64,000 nt of DNA from IMG/VR virus record IMGVR_UViG_3300031417_000416, one strand, 5' to 3'. Position numbers and translations under genes: made by a program. Each line of letters opens with the position of its first letter. Positions within the stretch are counted from its first letter, which is position 1. Source of the DNA: a virus. Under the pieces are notes generated by a model. The model was not told the origin of the DNA, ran no database searches, and worked only from the letters and a program-made list of their open reading frames with translations. Shown one piece after another: positions 47,853-56,751 of the stretch.

Positions 47853-47855
47853 GCC

Positions 47856-48341
47856 ATGGCACTCGTCAAGCCGTACCTGCTGCGCCTCATGAGCAGGCCC
47901 AATGCCGACCATCTGCGGTACGGCCCGGAGGACAGCGAGGCCAAGCGGTTCGCCGACCGGGTGCGCCAGTGGACGATGGAAGGCCATCTCCGGGGCATCT
48001 GGAACCATGTCGCCAACGAGATCGCAGGCGAGAGCGGCGGACACGCAGACGAGCAGGTCCGCAAGAGTCTGAGGCGCAAGGCCCAGATCCGCTACACCAA
48101 GGCGCAGGCGCTCGGCATGATCGTCGGATGGTCGGACTACGTCTTCTGTCGATCGGACGCGTCGCTGGCACTGGAGTGCAAGTCGGCACGCGGCGCCCAG
48201 CGCGACGGCCAGCAGGACTTCGAGAAGTGGTGCGTCGACCAGAGCATCCCCTACCGCATCTTCAGGACCGCGGAAGAGGGATGGGACATCCTGGTCGAGG
48301 AGGGATACCTGGATCCGTCGGTCTGGCCCCCGCGCGGATAG
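47856..48341 (+). CDS. VRR-NUC-like PD-(D/E)XK nuclease
   Basis: GMIVGWSDY...ALECKS..GAQRDGQQDF. Confidence 0.7.
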   Translation: MALVKPYLLRLMSRPNADHLRYGPEDSEAKRFADRVRQWTMEGHLRGIWNHVANEIAGESGGHADEQVRKSLRRKAQIRYTKAQALGMIVGWSDYVFCRSDASLALECKSARGAQRDGQQDFEKWCVDQSIPYRIFRTAEEGWDILVEEGYLDPSVWPPRG

Positions 48342-48414
48342 GCATATCGACACGGAAAAGATGGAGAAGAACGGTGCGCAACAGAACCATGGCGTCGGAA
48401 GATGCCGTATGACT

Positions 48415-48443
48415 TTGCCTGATGGCCGTGGCGATCCTATAAC
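48415..48443 (+). promoter_or_regulatory. recurrent promoter motif upstream of the histidine kinase
   Basis: TTGCC-N16-CCTATAAC; implies the kinase starts at or after 48448. Confidence 0.5.
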
Positions 48444-48447
48444 CAGC

Positions 48448-50457
48448 ATGATGATCGACGATTCCATGATCGCAGGGCGAGCGGAATCCGCCTGGAACGA
48501 CCCGTCGGAGCGCGATGAGCGTGCGCGTGTCTGCGGCAACGGCGGCATAGGAGACCTGGTCGGGATGGCCGCGGATGCGTCGCGCACGGTCATGCTGGCG
48601 CAGACGGACGAGGAAATCATCTCGGCGGTGCGCATGCTGGCCACGGCTATGGCCTCTTCCGCATACGGAGAGGCTGACGCCTCCGACGCCACAGTTCTCC
48701 TGGAGCTGCGGGATTCCATGGACGTGGCGAGAGGCGCCGTCGAGGTTCCGGCGAACGTCATGCAGGGGCCTGCCGGAGAGATACTCGGCGTCGTAGCGGC
48801 ACAGGCCGGTACGGCCATGGGCTGCCGGGTGCTGCAGGCCGCGTCCGCACAGGCCGTGTCGTCGCGTCAGGTGGCCGAGTTCGAGAGCGAACGCCTGCGC
48901 AGGCTCTTCGACCGCCGCCTCGAGGCGGCGCTGGCCGAGCGAAGCATATGGGCCGAGGTGTTCAAGGGGTCGCAGTACGGCGTCTGCATCATCGGGACCG
49001 ACCTGCGCTACCTGTCGTTCAACCCGGCGTTCGAGGAATGGTTCTCGCGACACGGCGTCATTCCGCCCATGCAGGGGCAGCCGGTCGCCGATGCGCTGTC
49101 GACACGCCCGGAAGTGTTCGACGAAGCGAAGGCCTGCTGGCATCGAGCGCTGGGCGGCGAGGACTTCACGCACAGCTGGTGCATCGTCTCGAGAGGGAGG
49201 GAATTCCACTACGAGACGAGATACACGCCGCTCTACGACGAGACCGGGGAGGTCAAGGCAGCCGTCCAGTTCTCGCTGGACGTGTCGGACCGTATCGTCG
49301 AGCGACGACGGCTGGAAGTTGCGGAAGAGGCTCTGCGTCAGTCCCAGAAGATGGAGGCCGTAGGCAAGCTGACCGGGGGCATCGCCCACGACTTCAACAA
49401 CATCCTCACCGGTATCGTCGGAGCGATCGACATCATCGGTCGGAAGATGTCGGAAGGAAAGACGGAGGCGGTTCCGCGCTATCTCGACATGGCCGCCACC
49501 TCGGCCAACAGGGCGGCGTCGCTGACCCACCGACTGCTCGCGTTCTCGCGACGCCAGCCAGTGGATCCCAGGCTGACGGACGTGGATGCGCTGGTGCTCG
49601 GCATGGGCGAGATGATCACACGTACCCTAGGACCGGACATCCTGGTGGAGACTTCGACAAGTGGTCTGTCGGCGCGCGTGCTGTGCGATGCCTCGCAGCT
49701 CGAGAGCGCCATCATGAACCTCGTAGTCAACAGCCGCGAGGCGATGCCGACCGGAGGACGCGTGCTCATAGCGACGGGTACCGTGGAGATCGATGACGCG
49801 CCGGCGGGCGCGGATCTGCGTCCGGGTCTGTTCATGCGTATTGCCGTGTCGGATAGCGGAACCGGCATGACGCCGGAGGTTCTCTCCCGCGCCACCGAGC
49901 CCTTCTACACCACCAAGGGGATCGGCAACGGCACGGGTCTAGGTCTGTCGATGGTGTACGGCTTCGCCCGCCAGACCGGAGGATATCTCGACATCCGCTC
50001 GGACGAGGCGGACGGCACGACCGTTTCCATATTCCTGCCGGCGACGACCATGGTGCCCGTCGTCGAGGCCGAGCCGAGCGATCCGATCCGCATCAGGCGC
50101 GACGCCACGGTGCTGGTCGTCGAGGACGAGCCCGCGGTGCGGGCGATCGTCGTCGAGCTTCTCGAGGAGATGGGCTGCACGGTCCTGCAGGCGGAGGACG
50201 GCGGCGTCGGCGCATCGATACTTTCGTCGGACGTCAGCATCGACGTCCTGGTGACGGACATAGGCCTGCCCGTCCTGAACGGCCGGCAGGTCGCGACGGC
50301 CGCGCGATCGTCGAGGCCGGGCATTCCCATTCTCTTCATGACGGGGTATTCGGACAATGCCGCCATCACGGAGGGCTTCACGGGGCGGACCACGCTCGTA
50401 ACCAAGCCTTTCCGTCCCGCACAGATCGCCGACGCCATGGAACGACTGCTCGGATAG
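48448..50457 (+). CDS. hybrid sensor histidine kinase (PAS-HisKA-HATPase-REC)
   Basis: QSQKMEAVGKLTGGIAHDFNNIL, NLVVNSREAM, GTGLGLS, REC VLVVEDE..VTDIGLP..KPF; start uncertain (ORF opens at 48361). Confidence 0.92.
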   Translation: MMIDDSMIAGRAESAWNDPSERDERARVCGNGGIGDLVGMAADASRTVMLAQTDEEIISAVRMLATAMASSAYGEADASDATVLLELRDSMDVARGAVEVPANVMQGPAGEILGVVAAQAGTAMGCRVLQAASAQAVSSRQVAEFESERLRRLFDRRLEAALAERSIWAEVFKGSQYGVCIIGTDLRYLSFNPAFEEWFSRHGVIPPMQGQPVADALSTRPEVFDEAKACWHRALGGEDFTHSWCIVSRGREFHYETRYTPLYDETGEVKAAVQFSLDVSDRIVERRRLEVAEEALRQSQKMEAVGKLTGGIAHDFNNILTGIVGAIDIIGRKMSEGKTEAVPRYLDMAATSANRAASLTHRLLAFSRRQPVDPRLTDVDALVLGMGEMITRTLGPDILVETSTSGLSARVLCDASQLESAIMNLVVNSREAMPTGGRVLIATGTVEIDDAPAGADLRPGLFMRIAVSDSGTGMTPEVLSRATEPFYTTKGIGNGTGLGLSMVYGFARQTGGYLDIRSDEADGTTVSIFLPATTMVPVVEAEPSDPIRIRRDATVLVVEDEPAVRAIVVELLEEMGCTVLQAEDGGVGASILSSDVSIDVLVTDIGLPVLNGRQVATAARSSRPGIPILFMTGYSDNAAITEGFTGRTTLVTKPFRPAQIADAMERLLG

Positions 50458-50501
50458 CCGACCCCCTACGCGGAAGACATGAACCGTCCTATAACCCGGA
50501 A

Positions 50502-51011
50502 ATGACGGAAAAGGGCATCATGGCAGACAGCAGGAAGAAGGCGGCGGCGATCGTCGCTACCGTCTCGGGCATGCTAATCGCCGGAGCGCTGGTATTCGAG
50601 ACGCTGGGGTATTCTCCATGCGAAATGTGCATGTGGCAGCGGTGGGGGCACGTGGCCGCAGCGGTCCTGGCGACCGTCGCGTTCGTGTCCGCTTCGAGGT
50701 CACGGCGCCTCTCCCTCGTGGCTCTCATGGCCGCGGTCGCATCAATGGTGGCCAGCGGTGCCGTAGGCGTCTTCCACGCAGGCGTGGAATGGAAGCTATG
50801 GGAAGGCCTGACCACCTGCTCGGCAAGACTGCACCACGGGGACGGAGACGTTCTCGTCGATATCATGAAGGCGCCGCTCGTGCGGTGCGACGAGGCCGCC
50901 TGGCGCCTCATGGGCCTGTCCATGGCCGGATACAATGCAGTCATATCCCTGGGCACGGCGGGACTTGCGACGCTGGTGGCAGTACGAAAACACAGGAACG
51001 GAAAGGCATAG
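50502..51011 (+). CDS. dsbB: disulfide bond formation protein, DsbB family
   Basis: PCEMCMWQR, FHAGVEWKLW, TTC, VRCD, GLSMAGYN. Confidence 0.85.
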   Translation: MTEKGIMADSRKKAAAIVATVSGMLIAGALVFETLGYSPCEMCMWQRWGHVAAAVLATVAFVSASRSRRLSLVALMAAVASMVASGAVGVFHAGVEWKLWEGLTTCSARLHHGDGDVLVDIMKAPLVRCDEAAWRLMGLSMAGYNAVISLGTAGLATLVAVRKHRNGKA

Positions 51012-51014
51012 AAG

Positions 51015-51422
51015 ATGCACATGAGGACATTCGGGATGATCAAGCCTGACGCCACCCAGCGAGGCGTCCAGGACAACATGATCCGCGACATCGAGGCGGC
51101 CGGCTTCGTGGTCGAGCAGCGCGAACAGCGTCCGCTGACGCGGGACGAGGCCGAATGGCTGTACCGCGAGCATGAGGGACGGGACCATTTCCAGGGGCTG
51201 ATCGACTACACGGTATCCGGCGACGTCGTCATGCTGCTGCTGTCGCACGCCTCGGGCGATGCGCCGAAGCGCTTCAGGAATCTGATGGGGCCGACCGACC
51301 ACTCCAAGGCGCCCAGGGGCACGCTTCGCCACCACTACGCGGTAGGATATCGCGAGAACAGCGTGCACGGGTCGGACTCGCCCGAGGCCGCAGCCGCCGA
51401 GATCGCGCACTTCTTCGGCTAG
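51015..51422 (+). CDS. ndk: nucleoside diphosphate kinase
   Basis: RTFGMIKPDA, YREH, RNLMGPTD, NSVHGSDS. Confidence 0.93.
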   Translation: MHMRTFGMIKPDATQRGVQDNMIRDIEAAGFVVEQREQRPLTRDEAEWLYREHEGRDHFQGLIDYTVSGDVVMLLLSHASGDAPKRFRNLMGPTDHSKAPRGTLRHHYAVGYRENSVHGSDSPEAAAAEIAHFFG

Positions 51423-52561
51423 TAGCCGAGCGCATCGGTGGATCTCAGCGCGAGCACGATGTCCTGGCGCGGTCTCGACCGATCCTCGGGATGCCATGAG
51501 GTCTCGGCACGGAACCCCCGCTGCATGCGGGACTCGGCGACCGCCCGTCCCGTCGGATCGTCGGATCCGCCGCGGTCCGCATCGAGTGCACGGGCCGACC
51601 TGTCGAGAAGTATCACCGACGTGCTCCCGATCTCGATAGACGAGAAGAGGGCATGCTCGCCGATGGTGGCGCCGCGACCTTCGAAGAACATGCCGCCGTC
51701 AAGAGACGACGCGACCATGGACGAGGCGATCGCGAACGACTGCTGGTCGTCCCTGGCGCCCGCTTCCTGCGCGAACGACAGGGCCTCCCCAGGCAGGAGC
51801 CTTGCACCAAACAGCGACGCCATGGCCGGTATGCCCTGCCAGAGCACCGTCGCCTGTGAGCCGCCGTCGTCGTCGATCGCGAGACGGGTCCGGACGTCCC
51901 TGGCCTGATCGAGCACCTCGGCCGCAAGCTGACGGTCGTCAAGGGAGAAGGAACAGCGGGAATAGGCGCGCACGTCGGCCTGAGGATCGCCTGGAGCCTC
52001 CTGCCATCCGGGAGACCATTCGGGAACGAGACCCGCGCCCCTGCGGATGCTCTCGGAGACCATGTGCGCGGCGAGGGCGTCGCGAGGTCCGTCCTCGTCG
52101 ATCCTGGCGACCCCGGCCAGTCGGGCGACCCTGTCGATCAGAAGCGCCGCCACGTTGCCTCTGACGGGATCCGAAAGCAGTGCATTGTCAGGCATGGCCA
52201 TCGAGAACGCCGTCGATCGCATGACGTGGCGTGCGGAATCGGCGATGCTCCTGTCCCTTGATCTGGCGCCCGACAGATGCGGATTCGAGGTCCTCTCGAC
52301 ATCGTTCATCGTCGCTCCGGCGACGGAGGCCAGGAAAGGGATGTCGTGGTGGAGAAGCGCACCGAGATCCGTATGCGAAGCATGGATGCCCAGACGGTCG
52401 CGAGTCCTGCGGGCATAGGCGATCGCGGCGACCGCGAGGCGCAGATCGGACGCTCCCGACAGGATCGTCGCGTCGCAGTTGCGGTCGATCAACCCATTCC
52501 CCCTTCCCCGCCGTCTTCCTCGCCAGAGCCTTAATCCATCCTGAAAAGACCTCGCCGGCAA
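51419..52561 (-). CDS. hypothetical protein with internal duplication (start uncertain)
   Basis: Two similar halves: AR..R.RL.I...IP..AS..GA ... LLIDRVARL / LLDRSARAL. Confidence 0.5.
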   Translation of the reverse strand: MPARSFQDGLRLWRGRRRGRGNGLIDRNCDATILSGASDLRLAVAAIAYARRTRDRLGIHASHTDLGALLHHDIPFLASVAGATMNDVERTSNPHLSGARSRDRSIADSARHVMRSTAFSMAMPDNALLSDPVRGNVAALLIDRVARLAGVARIDEDGPRDALAAHMVSESIRRGAGLVPEWSPGWQEAPGDPQADVRAYSRCSFSLDDRQLAAEVLDQARDVRTRLAIDDDGGSQATVLWQGIPAMASLFGARLLPGEALSFAQEAGARDDQQSFAIASSMVASSLDGGMFFEGRGATIGEHALFSSIEIGSTSVILLDRSARALDADRGGSDDPTGRAVAESRMQRGFRAETSWHPEDRSRPRQDIVLALRSTDALGY

Positions 52562-52610
52562 CCACTATGCTTCAAGAACGTTGAGAGGTGAAGGGGACAG
52601 GAGAAACGCG

Positions 52611-52763
52611 ATGACGAAAGTTGCCGTAGCAGTGCCGACCGTGTGGGTGTCCACCCTGTGGTCGGAGGCGTGGAGCGCAGTACTCCTGCTCGTCTGCCTC
52701 TCGCTGCTCGCCCTGGTGGCGGCCTGGAAGATGCGGCAGATCGAGGCGGCGGAAAAGGCCTGA
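52611..52763 (+). CDS. small membrane peptide
   Basis: CAGGAGA RBS; one TM. Confidence 0.4.
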   Translation: MTKVAVAVPTVWVSTLWSEAWSAVLLLVCLSLLALVAAWKMRQIEAAEKA

Positions 52764-52779
52764 GTCCGAAACTCAGCCG

Positions 52780-52808
52780 TTACGCTGAATCGCATTTCAT
52801 CCTATAAC
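52780..52808 (+). promoter_or_regulatory. recurrent promoter-like motif upstream of the rnhA operon
   Basis: TTACGC-N4-TCGCATTTCATCCTATAAC. Confidence 0.5.
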
Positions 52809-52834
52809 GATCCCTCTGCAGAGAGGGATACGCC

Positions 52835-53227
52835 GTGCTACGCCAGATCCGGGCCTCGCGCCTGAAGACATTCGCCCTGGTGACCGCCGTCAGCGTCGTC
52901 GCCCTCCCGGTAGCGGCCACTCTACTGTGGACGCGCTGGAGACTGGACCTCTTCGCGCAGGCGGTGGGTCTGGTCCGGAGCCCGGTCGTTCTCGGCCTGG
53001 TGCTCGCTCTTGTGCCGATGTACTTCGCCGCAATCGAGATCTGGCTTCCCTTCCGCCAGCTTCGGCCCCGCAAGCCGAAGCGTAGGCGGCTGCCGCTCAC
53101 CGAGACGCAGCTGCACTGGAATGCGGTGCGGATCGTCGCCATCGTCTGTATCCTGGTCGTGGAGCTGGTCGCCCAGTCGGTGCCCGACCACCGCGCGGCG
53201 CACGCCGCCACCATCGGCGTACGCTGA
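52835..53227 (+). CDS. membrane hypothetical protein
   Basis: Three hydrophobic segments. Confidence 0.55.
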   Translation: MLRQIRASRLKTFALVTAVSVVALPVAATLLWTRWRLDLFAQAVGLVRSPVVLGLVLALVPMYFAAIEIWLPFRQLRPRKPKRRRLPLTETQLHWNAVRIVAIVCILVVELVAQSVPDHRAAHAATIGVR

Positions 53228-53231
53228 GGCC

Positions 53232-53723
53232 GTGCGGACGTTTCACGACACAGCCGAGCGCAGACACGTCATCATCGCGATAGATGGAGCATGCCGGGGC
53301 AATCCCGGACCTGGCGGATGGTCCGCGATCATCGTGGAGGACGGTTCGACGAGGACGCTGTGCGGCGGGGTAGCCGACACGACCTGCAGCAGGATGGAGA
53401 TCCTGGCGGCCACGGAAGGGCTTGCAGCCCTCGAGATGCCGAGCAGGGTTACGCTCCATACCGATTCGCGCTACCTCTTCGAAGGCGTCACGCGCTGGAT
53501 GAGGGGCTGGAGCGAACGGGGATGGAAAAACGCCGACGGACGCCCCGTCAGGAACAGGGACCTGTGGGAGCGCCTGACAGGCAAGGCGTCACGCCATGAT
53601 ATAGCATGGATCTGGTGCCAGGAGCACTCGGGTCATTTCCGAAACGAGATAGCGGACACGGATACGGCACATGCCGGTCCGGGTAGCGCCATCAGGATGA
53701 AAACCGAAAGGAGCTGCGCATGA
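53232..53723 (+). CDS. rnhA: ribonuclease HI
   Basis: IDGACRGNPGPGGW, RMEI, TDSRY, GWKNADGRPVRNRDLW, HSGHFRNEIAD; GTG start inferred. Confidence 0.88.
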   Translation: MRTFHDTAERRHVIIAIDGACRGNPGPGGWSAIIVEDGSTRTLCGGVADTTCSRMEILAATEGLAALEMPSRVTLHTDSRYLFEGVTRWMRGWSERGWKNADGRPVRNRDLWERLTGKASRHDIAWIWCQEHSGHFRNEIADTDTAHAGPGSAIRMKTERSCA

Positions 53724-55285
53724 GCGGCGCGAACCACTCAACGGTCATCGGTCGATCCGAATACAGGCCAGAGGCACACGACCGTAATCCCGTGAGCCAG
53801 GAGCGCACGCTGACCGACGAGCAGTCGCAGATCGTGGCTCACGATCCCAGCGCCACGCTCATCGTCGAGGCGTTCGCGGGCACGGGAAAGACAAGTACGC
53901 TGGTGGAATATGCGAAGCGCTGGCGCCAGAAGGGGCTGTATCTCTGCTTCAACGCGACCGTCGCCACCGAGGCCAAGATGCGGTTTCGCGGTACCAACGT
54001 GACGGCCCAGACAGCGAACTCGTATGCGTGGCAGGCGCTCGGCGTAAGCCGGTACAGCGGTCGCCGCGTGAACAAGATCAGGCGGCCGCACATCCGCGAG
54101 GCCGGGATCTCGCTGGGCAACATGTACGTGTCGGAGGAGCGCATGATGAAGGCGCTGCTGATGGCGCTCACCAGCTTCATGAACGACGAGGGGCCGGAAC
54201 TGAAGCCCGAACACTGCGGCCTTCAGGGAATGACCGAGCGTGCGCTCGCGGTCGTCATGCCCATGCTGTCGGCGATCATCGAGCGGTTCGTCAACTTCCA
54301 GACGTCGAACCTCCCCTTCACGCACGAGATCTACCTGAAGCATCTCGAGATGTTCGGGGGCATCTCGAACGACTATGACTATCTGCTCATCGACGAGGCT
54401 CAGGACCTGAATCCCGTGCTCATCAGCCTGGTCAAGAACAGCCGCCTCCCGATGATCGTCGTCGGCGATCCCTTCCAGAGCATCTACGCGTTCCGCGGTG
54501 CGGTATCCGCGATGCGGATGTTCGACGCCCCGCGTCTTCCGCTCTCGCAGAGCTGGCGCTTCGGTCCCGACGTGGCCGACGTGGCGAACCATGTCCTCAC
54601 CCACGTGTCCGAGCCTCCCGAGCGCCCGATCGTCGGTCGGCCCAACCACGAGACGACCGTGGAGCGCTATTCCGGCTCCGCCCCCAAGAAGTGCTTCATC
54701 CTGGCGCGGACCAATGCGCGTCTGTTCGAGGGGCTGATCAACATCCGGGACAAGCCGTTCCACGTCGCAGGAGGATTCGGCCCGCTCTCGTCGCAGCTGA
54801 TGTCGGCCTACCACCTCTCCCGGTCGGAGATGTTCAAGGTCACGGACCATTTCGTGCGCCAGTTCCCCAGCTGGCAGGAGTTCTCCAGCGAGGCCGAGGA
54901 AGGCGATCCCGACGCGAAGCGCCTCGTCAAGATGATCGCCGAGCACGGCGACCAGATCCCTGCGATCATCGAGCGGCTGCAGGTGCTGGCGAGGGAAAAG
55001 CAGGAGGACGCCTACATCGTCCTCTCGACGGCGCACAAGGCAAAGGGCATGGAGGCGGACGTCGTCGTCATGCTCGACGACTTCGAGACGCCGCGGGAGC
55101 TGAAGGACAAGATGGTCGAGGGAAAGACCGACCAGATCACCTTCGACCAGGAGATCCATCTCCTCTACGTCGCCGTGACGCGCGCCAAGGAGCGGCTGCT
55201 CCTGACCGACCGTCTGTTCGACGCGTTCCATCCGCATATCGGCGACGGGAATACCGCCCGCGCCCCACAGGAGTCCGTCGAATGA
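53720..55285 (+). CDS. UvrD-like SF1 helicase, short FBH1/plasmid-type (copy 3)
   Basis: AFAGTGKT, DEAQDLNP, VGDPFQSIYAFRGA, LSQSWRFG, TAHKAKGME, LYVAVTRAK. Confidence 0.88.
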   Translation: MSGANHSTVIGRSEYRPEAHDRNPVSQERTLTDEQSQIVAHDPSATLIVEAFAGTGKTSTLVEYAKRWRQKGLYLCFNATVATEAKMRFRGTNVTAQTANSYAWQALGVSRYSGRRVNKIRRPHIREAGISLGNMYVSEERMMKALLMALTSFMNDEGPELKPEHCGLQGMTERALAVVMPMLSAIIERFVNFQTSNLPFTHEIYLKHLEMFGGISNDYDYLLIDEAQDLNPVLISLVKNSRLPMIVVGDPFQSIYAFRGAVSAMRMFDAPRLPLSQSWRFGPDVADVANHVLTHVSEPPERPIVGRPNHETTVERYSGSAPKKCFILARTNARLFEGLINIRDKPFHVAGGFGPLSSQLMSAYHLSRSEMFKVTDHFVRQFPSWQEFSSEAEEGDPDAKRLVKMIAEHGDQIPAIIERLQVLAREKQEDAYIVLSTAHKAKGMEADVVVMLDDFETPRELKDKMVEGKTDQITFDQEIHLLYVAVTRAKERLLLTDRLFDAFHPHIGDGNTARAPQESVE

Positions 55286-55536
55286 AGAACGCCATGCTTC
55301 CGCTGCTCGTGGCCCTCGCCTGCCTGTCGGCCTGCGACGGCGCCGAATCCGGAAAGAAGACGGACAAGGCTCCGCCGCCGCTCTACGAGAACCCTCCGTT
55401 CGGGGCCAGCGACATCGACGCGACCGTCGACGAGACGCGCAAGCGCATGGCGCCGGAACGGCCGGTGGGCCAGCCCCAGCCCGGCAACGCGCAGGATTCC
55501 GCTGCGCCCGCCGAGGGCGGCTCAGCCCCGCAGTGA
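55282..55536 (+). CDS. small lipoprotein
   Basis: MKNAMLPLLVALACLSAC lipobox; ATGA overlap. Confidence 0.6.
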   Translation: MKNAMLPLLVALACLSACDGAESGKKTDKAPPPLYENPPFGASDIDATVDETRKRMAPERPVGQPQPGNAQDSAAPAEGGSAPQ

Positions 55537-55687
55537 CGCGGGCCCGAGAGGGCCCCGTACGCTGACCAATCCCCGCCGGACGGACACGAACGTCCCTACG
55601 GCGCAGGATCCGCCGACGTCGATGCCTCCGTACGAGAGGTCCATGGCGTCTGCGGTCGATCGCTCAAACCAGGACAAGGAAAAGAAT

Positions 55688-56272
55688 ATGGGAGTATCCC
55701 TCAAGAAGGGCGACCGCGTGTCGCTGAGCAAGAACGTCGAATCCGGCCTCACGAGCGTCAAGCTCGGCCTGGGCTGGGACGAGCGCAAGAAGGGCGGCCT
55801 CGGCGGCCTCTTCGGCGGTGGCGGCGGCGGGATCGATCTCGACGCGTCGGCGGTGCTGTTCGGCAGCGATGGCTCGAAGGTCGACCAGGTGTGGTTCCGC
55901 CAGCTCAAGAGCCGTGACGGCAGCGTCGTGCACAGCGGCGACAACCTGACCGGCGCCGGCGACGGTGACGACGAGGTCATCACCGTCGACCTGACGCGCG
56001 TGCCGTCGCAGGTCGAGACCATCGTGTTCGTGGTCTCGAGCTTCCGCGGCGACACGTTCGACTCGATCGCCAACGCCTTCGCGCGTGCGGTCGATGCCAG
56101 GACCGGCACCGAGATCGCCCGCTATGACATCACCGGCGGCGGCAGCCACACCGGTCTGATCATGGCGTCGCTGTCCCGCAAGTCGGGCAGCTGGGAAGTG
56201 CTGGCGATCGGCGAGCCGGGCCGTTCGAAGACCTTCGACGACCTGCTGCCGCAGATGCGCGCGCACATCTGA
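55688..56272 (+). CDS. terZ: TerD-family protein (TerZ-like)
   Basis: VSLKKG..SL, LGLGWD, DLDAS, HSGDNLTGAGDGDDE, RYDI. Confidence 0.85.
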   Translation: MGVSLKKGDRVSLSKNVESGLTSVKLGLGWDERKKGGLGGLFGGGGGGIDLDASAVLFGSDGSKVDQVWFRQLKSRDGSVVHSGDNLTGAGDGDDEVITVDLTRVPSQVETIVFVVSSFRGDTFDSIANAFARAVDARTGTEIARYDITGGGSHTGLIMASLSRKSGSWEVLAIGEPGRSKTFDDLLPQMRAHI

Positions 56273-56279
56273 TCCCGAG

Positions 56280-56312
56280 GCCGTCCGGACGGGCATTCCC
56301 CGTCCGGGCGGC
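56280..56312. other. 14-bp intergenic hairpin without U-tract
   Basis: GCCGTCCGGACGGG-CATTC-CCCGTCCGGGCGGC. Confidence 0.6.
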
Positions 56313-56361
56313 ACGGATCATCTGAAGGACCGGACATTCGCAACCGGAACGGGAGAACGCG

Positions 56362-56742
56362 ATGACCAAGAACGAGCGAGGCCTGCGTCTTCACGACGGC
56401 CTCACATGCATGGGCTGGATCGCAGGAGGCGAGGCCCACTCGCTGGCGTACTGGACGATGCGACTCGCCGACGAGATCGAGGAGGTCGGGCGCTACGCCG
56501 TGGCGTATCGGAACCTGCGCGAGCTCGCGTGGGAGAACGTGCGCCCCTTCACGAGCAGCCAGAACGCCGTATCGGCAAGATATGCCTACGACATCCAGCA
56601 GTTCCTGAGTCGACACGAGGGGCGATTCTCGTCCAAGTATCGTCAGACGCTGGACGAGATCCGCAGGGCCCTGCGGTCGATCGGCACGGTCCCGGCCATC
56701 ACCGGCCGGATCGACGACGACCGCCAGTCGCTCGCGGCCTGA
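56362..56742 (+). CDS. hypothetical protein within the ter cluster
   Basis: GGGAGA RBS. Confidence 0.55.
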   Translation: MTKNERGLRLHDGLTCMGWIAGGEAHSLAYWTMRLADEIEEVGRYAVAYRNLRELAWENVRPFTSSQNAVSARYAYDIQQFLSRHEGRFSSKYRQTLDEIRRALRSIGTVPAITGRIDDDRQSLAA

Positions 56743-56751
56743 GGAGACGAA

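Noticed and set aside
48900-49300. LOV photoreceptor in the hybrid kinase
   Set aside because: No GxNCRFLQ motif; it is a generic PAS domain
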